Source: Phoronis australis
Lineage: Eukaryota > Animalia > Phoronida
DNA length: 64,000 bases
Direction: 5' to 3'
Assembly: GCA_002633005.1 (NCBI GenBank)
Contig: NMRA01000053.1
Span: 1,064,240 to 1,128,239 of the forward strand
Part shown: positions 1 through 11,897 of the stretch, in pieces
Numbering within the stretch: position 1 is the stretch's first letter
How the letters are laid out: each line of letters opens with the position of its first letter
Made by a program: the position numbers and the translations under genes
The notes under the pieces: generated by a model
The model's input: the letters and a program-made list of their open reading frames with translations, nothing else
The model's database searches: none
What the model was told of the DNA's origin: nothing

Positions 1-397
1 TTCTGCCGGACCCATTCCAGAGTGCAATTTGTCTGTCATGGGTCATTCGGTGTTCAGTGCGGTATTATTGTTCGTTTTAAATCAGTTTTGGTTGGTACCT
101 CGAATATCTAGTCTAGCTCATTTTTTGGGGTCTTTGTAAGGCCCCCAGGGGTCACACCCAGAGTGCAGACAACGGCAGACGTCCATTTCTGTACATACTG
201 AGGTGGACTTTAAATGCTCTCGTGGTCAGATGTTGGTACCTCGTTCATCTATGCTAAGTGCTCTGGGCTGCCGGTCTAAACTCGTAGAGAATATTTCGGA
301 CACTTATATAGTAACCCTGCCCACAGGGGCAGGGCTATCCATTGTAAGACCAGGTCGGTGTGACGCACATACAGTACAGTGCCTAGGTTGAAGGTAA

Positions 398-665
398 TGT
401 TATGTTCGTGGTTTTCATTAAACTTGCAGAGTCCAAAACATAACCTTATATGGCACTGATAGCTAGAATCATAGATTGTGTAAGTTGTGCAAGACAATTC
501 TCTGAAATCTGATTATGACTCATGAGCATATGATCTTAAGTTGTGACAAACAAGTTTTCAGTTGAGAGTTAGACAGCATAGTGAATAGATGTATCTTGTA
601 GGTCTCTAGAATAAACTCACGTAAAACCGTAACACAGAGTTGCGTTTGAAAGAGGTTTTCATACA
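398..665 (+). repeat. 5' LTR of Ty3/Gypsy retrotransposon
   Basis: Starts TGTTATG and ends CATACA (TG...CA imperfect inverted termini), contains AATAAA at 610-615, and is immediately followed by a TGG-starting PBS and gag. No second copy found downstream. Confidence 0.65.
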
Positions 666-676
666 TGGTGCCAGCC
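666..676 (+). promoter_or_regulatory. primer binding site (PBS) of the Gypsy element
   Basis: TGGTGCCAG directly after the LTR-terminal CA; TGG is complementary to the tRNA CCA end. Confidence 0.55.
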
Positions 677-750
677 AACTCATTGGTTTTAGAGTTGAAG
701 CCAGTGGAACACTGATTATAGTGTTGGAGACATTCTACAAAGATACCGAC

Positions 751-3700
751 ATGGCCGAAGGAACTGACAAATTCCTACCCGCAATCAAACCACCACAGAC
801 ACTGGATTTGTCCGCCGCTGACAGAATCGGACAGTGGAAACTGTGGTGACAACAGTGGAATAATTATGCCCTTTTGTCAAAGCTCGATGGACAATCTGAA
901 GAGTATAAACTGGCAATGTTTTTAAACTGTATTGGCACGGACGCTCTGGGAATTTACAACGGCTTTACATTCGATGGTAAGAAGACCGTCGCAACAACCA
1001 TTACCCGCTTTGACGACCACATCATTGGACAGACTAACGTCACATATGAAAGGTAATTGTTCAACTCTTTGAAGCAGCAAGGTGAGTCTTTTGATGTTTT
1101 CTTGACAAACCTACGGCGTTTGCAGAACAGCTGTCAATTCTGCGACTGCATGAAAGACACCCTGCATAGATTCAGAATTATAACGGGCATTGACAATGAT
1201 GAACTGAGAAAAAAATTTGTAAGAGGTTCAGGATTTGAGCCTTACCAAGTGCATTGACATGTGTAGAGCTACTGAAGCAACGGCTGCCAGGTTGAAATCA
1301 ATGTCAAATGCGAATGAGGTCCATACAGTTGAGCGCACTAAGCCTAAGAAAGTGCAGAAGGCTAGGAACATTAAGAAATGTCAATTCTGTGCCAAAATGC
1401 ATACTATGAGGAAAGAAATGTGTCCGGCTTATGGACAAACCTGCACAGCATGCGGCAACCGAAATCATTTTGCGGCTCGTTTGTAAACCTAAGCGCAATG
1501 TGAACACTGTTGGTGAAGACAGTGATGATGGCTATCTCAACTCCGTTAACGTAAATGCTGTCGAGTCTGATAAGCTAATCTATGCGACAATGAAAGTGAA
1601 CGGACAGAATATTCGCTTTCAAATAGATTGTCGTGCATCAGTGAATGCATACAGCCAAAATAGAGAATCCTGCCAAAGGTAGATTCTGCAACTTCGAGTT
1701 CTGTGTGATGTCAGAGAATTTGACCTCCATTCTAGGAGCCGACGCATGGGTCTGACCACTGTGAACAGTGAGAATATTTGTAGGATTGAGAACCATGGCG
1801 ATCTGCTTGAGAAATATGCAGACATTTTCAATGATGATATTGGTACACTACCTGGTGTGTTACACCTGGAAGTTGATGCTGCCGTATCTCCAGTTGTTAT
1901 GCCTACCAGACGCCTTCCAGCAATGTTGAAGCCTAAATTAAAACTGGAATTAGATAATCTGACCGACCAGAAGGTAATAGCGCCTGTGAATAAGCCAACC
2001 GATTGGGTAAGCAGTCTCGTGGTAGCGACAACAAGAAATCAGGCGATCTCAGAATATGCATAGATCCCCTACCCTTGAACAAGGCTCTGAAAAGAGAACA
2101 CTTCTACTTACCTGCCCGTGATGATGTTTTGCCAGAGCTTACGAAGGCAAGAATTATCTCGACTGTTGACCTGAAATTTGGCTATTGGCATAGTGGTGCT
2201 TGATGAGGAATCTTCTTACCTGACAACGTCCGGTACACCGTTTGGTAGATTTCGATGGTTACGTCTTCCATTTGGTACAAAGCGTCTGTATGGTGACTTA
2301 CCAGGAGTTGTATGCGTTGCAGATGACCTGATGATATATGGATCCGGCAACAACGACGAAGAAGCCACCAAGGACCATGACAACAAGCTTGAAAAACTAT
2401 TTCAGCGGTGCGGAGAAGTTGGATTTCGTATCAACCGAGCTAAACTGCGAATACGACAGAAGTCAGTACCTTTTCTGGGACACGTGTTCACACAAGATGG
2501 TCTGAAGCCTGACCCTGCGAAAGTGACGGCAGTACAAGAAATGCCAGACCTACCGATATTGAAGGCATTAGACGACTGAATGGATTTGTGAATTACCTTG
2601 CTAAATTCCTACCTAGACTGTCAGATGTGATGGAACCTATTAGGCAGTTGACATGCAAGAATGTGCCGTGGACGTGGTGCGACGCACAAGAAAGTGCACT
2701 CACGCAAGGGAAGAAACTTGTGTCAGAGGCTCCTGTACAGAGATTTTATGACCCAGCGAAAGAGCTATCGATCCAGTACGACGCTAGTAAGACTGAACTT
2801 GGAGCGGCACTGCTTCAAGAGGGTCAGCCGCTAGCATTTGTGAGCAGAGCATTGAGTGACGTAGAAACGCGCTTTGCCCAACTACAAAAAGAAATGCTCG
2901 CGATAACCTGGAGTGTGGAGAAATTCCATCAGTACACGTTTGGGAGAACTACCCATGTGATCAGCGATCATAAACCACTTGAAAGCATCATGAAGAAAAG
3001 CCTTGCCTGTGCCCCAAAACGACTTCAAGGCATGATGATGCGACTACAAAAGTATGATCTAGTGGTAACATACTGCCAAGGAAAGCAAATGTATCTAGCT
3101 GATACTTTATCTAGAGCCTATATGCCTACGACAGAGGGGCACAACAATGAGTTCGAATATGTGAATATGTCACACAGTTCGTCGCAATAACTGATTCGCG
3201 ACTGGAAGCAATCAGAAGAGCAACAGAGGCTGATCAAAGTTTGACTGTTTTGAAATCAGTCATCCAAGAAGGCTGGCCTGACGAAAAGGCACGAGTCTCA
3301 CCACTGGCGCAACCGTATTTCTCTATCAGAGATGAGCTAGCTATGATGGTATAATTTTTAGAGGTGAACGCGTCGGGGTGCCAACCAGCCAAAGGCGTAT
3401 ACTCAAAGAAAAGATTCACTCCTTACATCTTGGAATAGATGGATGCCTGAGACGGGAGAGAAAATCTTTCTACTGGCCGAATATGACAGCAGAGATAAGA
3501 GAATACGTCTCTGGCTGAGACACATGCAGAAAATTCGAGACGGCAAACTCCCCAGAACCATTGACGAGCCATGATTTTCCCGACAGACCATGGGCCAAAG
3601 TTGGAACAGATTTTTTCACAGTCAATGGCAGAGAATATTTGATAGCTGTTGATTATTACAGTAATTTCTGGGAAGTAGATCGACTTTACAGCACGAGCGC

Positions 3701-4277
3701 AGCAGCTGTAATTGAGAAGCTCACAGAACACTTCTCGCGACATGGTATTCTAGATACCATTGTGTCCGACAATGGACCGCGGTGCCATGATTTTGTAAGA
3801 TTTTGCAAGTCATGGGATATTGTTCACGCAACAAGCAGTCCTGGCAACAGTAAAGCCAACGGTAAAGCAGAGTCTGCCGTGAAAACTGCCAAGCGTATAT
3901 TCAGGAAATGTAAAGATTCCGGTAGTGATGTTTCTTTAGCTATGCCAGATCACAGAAACACTCCCGCACAACGTTTGATGAGTAGAAGAACCAAGACATT
4001 GCTGCCTACAGCCACTTCATTGCTCAAACCTGAAGTAGTTAGTCAGAAGCACACCGATCGCGACCTGAAGCGTCAACAACACAAACAAGAGCACTATTAT
4101 AACAAGTCCGCAAACGAGTTGTCTATTTTGGAAGAGGGAGATTCTGTGCGTTTGCAAGTCTTTACACTTGGTCAGAAAGAATGGACCAAATGTACTATTT
4201 TGAAACGGCTTGACGAGCGATCGTACTGTATTGAAACCCCGACAAGTGTTGTTCGCCGAAATCGCCAAAAATATTAA
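751..4277 (+). pseudogene. gag-pol polyprotein pseudogene (many stops and frameshifts)
   Basis: gag MAEGTDK... with Zn knuckles (CQFCAKMH; CTACGNRNHFA), protease-like FQIDCRAS, RT motifs (LRICIDP, DLKFGYWH, RLPFG, ADDLMIYG), RNase H (DASKTELGAALLQ, SDHKPL, ADTLSR) and integrase (RPWAKVGTDFF, VDYYS, SDNGP, NGKAESAV). Confidence 0.92.
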
Positions 4278-5015
4278 TTTGGAGAATACTTAGGATTAAA
4301 GACGTCTGGTGAATCCATTTTGGCAGGCAGAATGGTCTTGGTGGTTGATTTCTGGCCATTATCTGAAATGAACAAGAAGCTCGTTTTGTTTTCGCATTAC
4401 GTGTACGTTAGAAGCAAATATGTGCATTTAGGCCAAACTATAGCTGAGCTGTGACACTAAAAATGTATATTTTGCGAGTGGGGACCTAATCCACCGCCAC
4501 CCCGTCAACTTCCTGCTATCATCCGTCATCACCTGGGCATACTAATTTTTCTTGAGCTAGCTCGAGCACAGTGCGAGGTTGAACGGTAAGCAGCCCAGGC
4601 TAACCCGGGCTGGAGACCTACTTTGGTTTCGACAGTGATACCGGTTGAAATGTATTAACTGAGCCTCTCCGGCGGGCAGCGCTGGCTAGTGTTGCGCCCG
4701 GCGACTGCTTTGGCCGACAGTGGAATCATGCATAGAATTCCAGGAACCCAGCTCCCAGAGTTCTACTTCTAAAAATGAGTGTGTGGAGAATACGGCTCCA
4801 CTAATGTGGGGATAGGTGGCGGTAGTATAGTTGGGTTCCCGGTTCTTGGTTGAACGGTATATAGTTGGCTAACAAGGTAGCAACAGCAAGTCGATGGAGA
4901 GCAGCATAAAAACTAACACAGTCGTCGAGTTTCTACTGACACACAAAGTTTATTAACTCTAGCTACAATATATAGAAATATGTGTGGGTTGTGAGTGCAA
5001 AACAACAACAATATT

Positions 5016-5353
5016 CAGGGGCAGATCCAGGATTTTGAGTTCGGGGGGAAAGGGGCAGGGCACAAGAATAACCAGAATTTCGGCAGATGCGCGCGCCCAG
5101 CCTAAAATCTGGGGATGCAGGGGTCTCGAATTATTGGGTTTACGGACCTATTGACTAATGACTAAAAAAAACACGGAAAACGGGGTTTGTTCAGGGCCTA
5201 TGCATTGTTTATTCACCTGTTTATTCACCCCCTGAGCCACCCTGGTTGCGCGCACGTCCTACTAGTCAGCAATTCGTACCCGAACTCCCAAATGGTATCT
5301 GGTAGAATTTTAGGGGGCCATGGCCCCCTTGGTCCCCCCTAAATACGCCACTG
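5016..5353. mobile_element. non-autonomous DNA transposon (MITE, hAT-like CAG termini)
   Basis: Ends CAGGGGCAGATCC and AAATACGCCACTG, with the direct repeat ATATT at 5011-5015 and 5354-5358 (5-bp TSD). Confidence 0.7.
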
Positions 5354-7766
5354 ATATTGAGAGTTCCGGTGATTTCATCCAACCCATAAACATGAATGGA
5401 GTCTCATTGGAGCTGTATGGCATAGCATAGGCCGGGTTTCACGTGGGCACTGGTCAGTGACATAGTAAACAACAACACAAGATATCCCGGAATTTTTATA
5501 TAACATAAACTGTTGTTGAATATTTGAACGTCATAGGAAATGATGAAACATTCACTTAACTTCATGAGAATTCATGACAGAGTGCCTGGTTCTGCATGTG
5601 AACGCTTTTAAAAAGCATATTTAAAAACGTGTAGGCCTATCCCAAACGGCTAGCCGCGATGATCCAGTGAGCTGAATTCAAACGCACGACCTCAGTAGGC
5701 GTGCTCTTTTGCTGAAATAAACATTAAATTATGCATTGGATTGGGCTTTTCATATTTTTGATTAGGTCAGTATTCCATAGCCTGTCTCGTATGTTTTGTT
5801 TTCCACTGAGATCTAAAATTTTCATCAGTCTACGAGAATAACATATTGTCGTTACGGTGTGAATTAATCTGTTTCTGCATAAGCACAATGTTGTTTGATT
5901 GGCAAGCAATGTTCGACTCATGTGCTTGATTAACAATGATGAAAGCTCTTTTGTGTAGAAGGCCCCAGGCTTATTCACTCCTAGAAGGTAAACGGTAGAC
6001 CGAGCACACAAACAAAACCATGTATCGCCGAGTCTGGCTTTGCTAGCAACGCCAGGCAACAACTATTGATAAATTAATAAAAATTGGAGCTAATATTTGT
6101 ACAGATTTATACAATTTATAAACATTATTACAAAAAATTCAGTGATTATAAAATAAATATAAGTGATATAGCTTATATTTAAAAAAATCATTGAAACTAC
6201 AACAAAATAATTTGATATCGATGAAAAATGAACACGAGCAATTAATCTTGTGAACCTAATTTCCGCATAGCCACCGTGTTTCGCGACCTGCCAAGAGCAT
6301 AATCGTAAATCATCACAGAGCACTGGATTTATAGATTGTATTGCTGACATAGGTGAGTAACCCGTCATTTTGATTTAAAATTCGTTTAAACAGCCTCACC
6401 AAGATTCATGCTGCACTACTGATCGGTACGAGAGACCACTTCATGTAAATCAAAGTTACATGAAGTATGCGGAAGCAAGTTGTATGCCTACAGTCAGGCT
6501 ATAGTAGGCCTACATGGTGTCTACAATCCACGATAAATCCTAAGTAGGCCTAATTAAGTTCTGCGTCACAAATGTTAACAAAACACTAATTCCATTCCGT
6601 CTACACTGAGGCCACTCACATACGTGTAGCGAGACCCACCGTCGTTCACTCTGACATGGCTACTTGATTTCGACCGACTGAACTCATCCTCAACCGTACG
6701 CCTCATGGTGACTCGGAGGTCGAGATCTAGCTATTCTTCATAGCATTGCACATCTGGCCGACGCACTGGACGACTAATGTTACTGGTCCCCTCTTGAGAG
6801 TGACCCCTTTGATTCACATCGTTAGGCGCTTTCGCCGGGTCGACCAGTGCTGTGTTCTTCAGCGGCGAGTAGGCCTACTATAGTTTGCCCGGACCGTATC
6901 CGGGCGAGAACCGCTACGGACGGCAGTCGGCGGTCGACTGGGTGATTGACACGTTATGAACGCAAAATCCCACCTATGTTGCCTTGTGAATGAGCTATAT
7001 GTAGCACAATCCGGGATTCCATATATGGCTATAATTAGGGCCCCACTGATAGCTAGGGATCCTTCGATCGTAATATATCGGGTCCCACGTACCAATCAGT
7101 TACTGAAGTACCGTAAGCAACAATATTGAATGGCCCCGTAAGTCTGGGCGCGGAGTCTTGAAAGCTTATGACGACCAACGTACCCGGGCCAGGGCCCTCA
7201 GGTTTTTTTGGCAAAGCCGTTCATACGTACGTACGTTACAGTCTTAGGCTTGTTTTGCGTAGTCAAAACTCTTAAAGCATTAACCTTCACCATAGATCGT
7301 GCCGGGAAGACCGAGATTTGTGAAAGATAACCGTTGGCTGAGGCCGCGTTGTAATCTACTCTACTCGAGTCGAAATCGAACGCGAAATTATTTTTGGCAT
7401 TTTTGTTCTGTAAGAACTCAAGATAAGTGTATATTATCATTATTTTGTGTTTGAGTAAATTAGTTTGTGGCGGCAAGCTCCCATTTGATGACCCCATATT
7501 TGAGGCTAAAAACTCGAGTAATTTCTTAATAAAAACTCGAAATTTCGAATTCAGACTGGGTTTTAGCCTCATGGTGATGGGGTAATCATAGAGCAAAATG
7601 GGCAGTGTCCACAAAATCCATACTCGAGCATAGAATCATAGACACTCATCGCACACTACTTTTGAAAAGTAGTATAGAATACGCCAAAAATAATTACGAG
7701 TTCGATCTCGAGTGAAAATATTAGATCCCACGCCCATGGTTTTCAACAGTGGTTGGACACACCCTC

Positions 7767-7831
7767 ACGGGCGGCGCAGCCTGAAAAAAAGTGGGGCTAT
7801 ATCCCCCAGCCCCCTATGGTGCGCCGCCCAT
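7767..7831. mobile_element. very short MITE remnant
   Basis: Inverted repeat GGGCGGCGCA (7769-7778) / TGCGCCGCCC (7820-7829) around a GGGGCTATATCCCCCAGCCCCC core typical of such elements. Confidence 0.5.
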
Positions 7832-8296
7832 ATCATTAGGCAGATTTGAAGTAAAACATTTTCATGATGCCAGCTGCCCCCAGTTAGCAGGTTGTGGATC
7901 TGATGCATCGCGTCTTTGAATTTGCCCACCAAGTAAACATTTGTTGATTTGCATCTGCTCGTGCGCCCTATGTAGTCTGGTCCCCTGAGTAAAGTAGTGC
8001 TCTGCTATCACGCTTTCTATCAATTTCTCAAATAAAAACTAGAAAGCAGTTTAGGCCTTACGTGCTAGTACGCAGTTTTATAGAAGGCGACACGCATTGC
8101 TTCTCAACAATACAACAGTGAGTTACCATTACATAGTTTTACTCATGAGGTTTTGACGCATCACCTATTAATTCACATTTTGTGTTAGGATCACTGTCGT
8201 CATTCCACGTTTAATCTACAAGAAAGACCGGCATCTGAAAACCATAACAATAATACCTATTCTGTTCAATATTGTCGATCTATTTTCAGATCCAAG

Positions 8297-8833
8297 ATGC
8301 CTGTTCAGCGACCACATTATTGGCACGAAATGGTGCCGCTCACAAGCAACCAGACCTACGGTGTCTACCTACGCGGCCAAAGCTTGCGGTACTCCGCTAA
8401 AGACGAGGAAGCGTTAGGTAAAGGCTACACGATTATACGGAAGCCGCGCGCTGATCTCTCATATCGAGCATACAGGGTGCCGATTTGTTCGGAAACCTCA
8501 GAGTTGCCTCCCATCATCAACGCCAGGAACCGCGACCGGAAACCACTCAACGACAGCCTATTTTCGAGGTCAGCGCCTTGGCTGACGGATTCCCTTGGTA
8601 CGAAACAGCCGTGGGATAACGTTAAACAACACATGCGGCCATTTTCTTCCATGCAAAGAGTACAGAACCAGTCGATGAGTTTCAACCCCGAATACATTCC
8701 ATACAGATCACAGACGGCTCTCGGCACAAGGGAGAAGGAATGCTCAACAAAAGAACAGTCTTGCCCTGACCAGTCAAAACCTTTGTACCTATACCACACG
8801 AATTCCGGTTACCTGGTGCGGGTGGTTCCTTAG
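8297..8833 (+). CDS. uncharacterised 178-aa protein; CDS in a single exon
   Basis: Intact ATG to TAG ORF, with a splice acceptor TTTTCAG ending at 8289 just upstream and AATAAA near 8971 and 9695. No family recognised. Confidence 0.65.
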   Translation: MPVQRPHYWHEMVPLTSNQTYGVYLRGQSLRYSAKDEEALGKGYTIIRKPRADLSYRAYRVPICSETSELPPIINARNRDRKPLNDSLFSRSAPWLTDSLGTKQPWDNVKQHMRPFSSMQRVQNQSMSFNPEYIPYRSQTALGTREKECSTKEQSCPDQSKPLYLYHTNSGYLVRVVP

Positions 8834-11800
8834 AGGACTTGCGACACGCCAAAAGTTTAAGCAGACTTTAATTGTTTATGATTGAAACTTTTGCTGTGCT
8901 GTTAAAATAGATGACACGTGGACTGTGGAATCTCCACTGAAGGCGACAACCCTGCGGTGGCATTTCGTCAAATAAAGAACGCAACAAAGACGTATTTCGA
9001 CATGCAATGCCTCATACCTGTAGGACATTCAGTGACATTTTTTTGGAACTATGGACGTTTCGTCAATTCTCAATGAAATTAAGACGTCGCCGTAGAGATC
9101 TCTGTTGCAACCTGACATTTTGGGCGATAACACAGGCCTGCATGGGGAAGAAAGAGCCGGAGAGGAGAATATGAGCATCGCATCGTATCTTGGGTTTTCT
9201 CCACATTTTACGTCGTGGTTGTTCCCGAGGAACGTTACACTTTTACCCGAGTATTAGCTACTACTTTGAGCGTACCACAATGTCCCGTGCTAGTCCCCCT
9301 GAGTTTTCTGACATTTTCGAGAAGCAGAGATCGAAGGATAGGTGTGGCGAAATGGTCGATAACGAACACAGCGCCGTTGTTTGAGAAGTTAAGAACTTTA
9401 TTTGACCAAACCTTTTAAATGCTCGCTTACTTTTTTAAAAGTTTAGGAACAAGTGAATAATTTACACAAGGCACTGAACCGGTTTGCACAAGAATGTTTT
9501 TAAAACCCCAGTTACGGTTGTATCAATTTATGGTAGTGATTTTTAAGTAAATATGAAGCTCAAGTCTTTTGTAAAATTTCTGACTTTTCGAAATCAGTTT
9601 TCACACGTGGTTAAATACGAATCATTGGTAGTTATAACTTGTGTTAGAATTAATAACTAATCACCTCCCCACATATCAACTTGCGTCTTTGTGTAATAAA
9701 GTATATATCGACTTTTAAGTTATCTTGCTGCTGTTTTAATTTCACTTATTCAGATTTTTTTTGTCCAGTAATAAGTCATGTATGGTAGATATCATTTTCA
9801 GTGCCTATCAGTTTAGTAGAGCAAAATCACGCTCTCACAGCAAGCATCGACCATTTAGCTGAATGAGAGGCGATGCACTTGTGTAATCAACGCTTCACAC
9901 AGGGCTAATTAGGTCAAGCCGAAATTGCAAACTGGAAAATCTCAAGATGACGAAAAACACGGCTGCCGCACAGAGCGTGGCAAAATACTCACTGACCTGT
10001 AAACTATACTGTACAGGTAAATGTAGAATACACGATTACTGTAACAATGATTCAGCACAGATTTGTTGTCGTCAGGTGATGCAACAATTAATTTTCACCA
10101 CTTAATCACTTAGCTCATATTGCCAACTTGCAGTGAGAAACAAATAACTGAAACATTCGCGGCTGTGATCGCAAAATTATCCACTGAACTAACAATCAAT
10201 TTGCATTAAAAAGCATTACATTTTAACATGACAAGGTCAGGAAGGTGGTAAAGGGGTTACAAAATAACTGCTTCTTATTAAGGACTGTTTGATCCTACCA
10301 TCAATAGAATCGCAACAATAAAGCAATGCCATTTTAGCTTTAGTTCCCAAAAGAGGGTGCCTGTGATAAATTTGCCACTGGATACATTCCCAAAGAAAAA
10401 GTAGATGGTAAACAAGAAGGCTTAATTTATTATCGGAAATAACATGGCTACATAAAATGAGTTCTTTGTACCACCGTTTAAGTTAAAATGCACTAAAAAT
10501 TACCCAGACAAAGTAAAACAATTAAGATCTCCCATAAAGCCAATCATAAATAATACAAGGTTTATAACCATAAATAATACAAGGTTTAGGATCGAAGTTT
10601 TGCAAACCAAACCCTGTATACATAACCCCAAACACGTTAGTGACCACAGGTAATCAAGGCAGACACATTTATTATGAAAAACATATAAGTTTTATAGTAC
10701 GGGGTTTGAAATGACCAATAAAAAATGAGGAAAATTGTCTAGATGATGTATGGTGCCATAAATAAATAAAAAGGCTTGTGTGATGGACATATTTTTATGT
10801 ACAGTTGTAATACTTAAGTGGGATAAAATAAGAGACAGAAAAAGAGGGAACAGGAAATCAAATAAAAGGGAATCGAAACAAAAAAGATGAAATCCTCTAA
10901 AAAAGAAAAATTCCAAGCCATGAAAGCAAAAAGACCCCAGAAAGTTTCAGAAATTTGTAATTGATAATGTTTCACCTTGAGTCAGTTCCTGCTAGTTCTT
11001 GCAAAGCTAAGGGAAAACATTTGGATACGACTCACTTGTAATGCAATCATTTAGAATTCAGTTCAAAGAGGAGTCCTTTAGTGATACAGCTGAACAGTTG
11101 CCCGGGGCCATAAATCACAAGTTCTATGAACCCAGAACATTGGCTCAGAAAATCCATGTATTTTTTTCTACATTTTTATTAAATTAAATTTATTTCTTAA
11201 AAGATAAGTTGCTGAGCTTAAGTCAAGCACCTAATACAAGCATTAAAATTGTCCATTTAAATTAGTGATAACATATTTCAAAAGTCATTCCCAATTAACC
11301 TTGATGGATTCTTGAGAATGAATAAAATCCAATAAAAGGTATCGACCCATTTCAAGCGCAAAGCAGCTGAAATCCCAATAAATGGATTATAAAAGTCGAG
11401 CAATAAGCTGGAGAATGAATTGCTTACTTTTGTATGACACATGCAAATGACTTCATAATATGAGACTATGTATGCTTCATAATCACTTCATAATAGAGAG
11501 TGAATTAAACCGACCAAGTTAACTATTCACATACAACTGTCACCTGACAGTTTAGAAGACCCAGAAGAGGACCATTAAATCAAATCCGGATGGATTGTGT
11601 GCCACACGACATGCTAAATGGCTACCACATATGCTTTTGCAGACACAAATTCAGTTCCCCGGTCCTTGTCATCAAACTATAACCATTTCATGCAGATATC
11701 TGGAAGTATTGAATCTACATTTAGATCGGTTGGGTAAAAATTGTTCACACATAAACCCTATGTAGCAATACCTCCTTGTATACCCAACCTGTTGGAGTAT

Positions 11801-11897
11801 CCTTCTGGTTTAAATTGCCAACAATTATCATGGTTACAGTACAAATAATAGTTGACAGTAGACAACAATATCGTTTGTTCCAGTGACATCAATCCCC

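Larger units (their letters stand above)
398..4277 (+). mobile_element. degenerate, 3'-truncated Ty3/Gypsy LTR retrotransposon
   Basis: Domain order is gag, PR, RT, RNase H, IN (Gypsy order). Homology stops just after the integrase C-terminal RRNR motif, with no PPT or 3' LTR. Confidence 0.93.
4278..8100 (+). other. densely base-paired, branched non-coding region (candidate structured RNA/ssDNA domain)
   Basis: No + strand ORF of 60 aa or more. Nested stems include 4414-4429/4461-4475, 4743-4753/4829-4839, 6261-6268/6467-6474, 6438-6448/6456-6466, 6666-6675/6718-6727, 6884-6893/6899-6908, 6993-7002/7021-7030 and 7442-7457/7621-7636. Found by eye, no folding run. Confidence 0.5.

Noticed and set aside
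4278-4700. env-like ORF or 3' LTR of the Gypsy element
   Set aside because: No ORF, no polypurine tract and no similarity to 398-665.
6425-6437. GGTACGAGAGACC resembles the rRNA sarcin-ricin loop; GTGAGCTG near 5667 and TTGGTACCTCG at 92 and 233 resemble peptidyl-transferase motifs
   Set aside because: The matches are short, their spacing is incompatible with LSU rRNA, and flanking conservation is absent.
7198-7614. 138-aa minus-strand ORF (and the short minus ORFs at 5724-7095) as genes
   Set aside because: No recognisable motifs or splice context; they overlap the hairpin-rich region.
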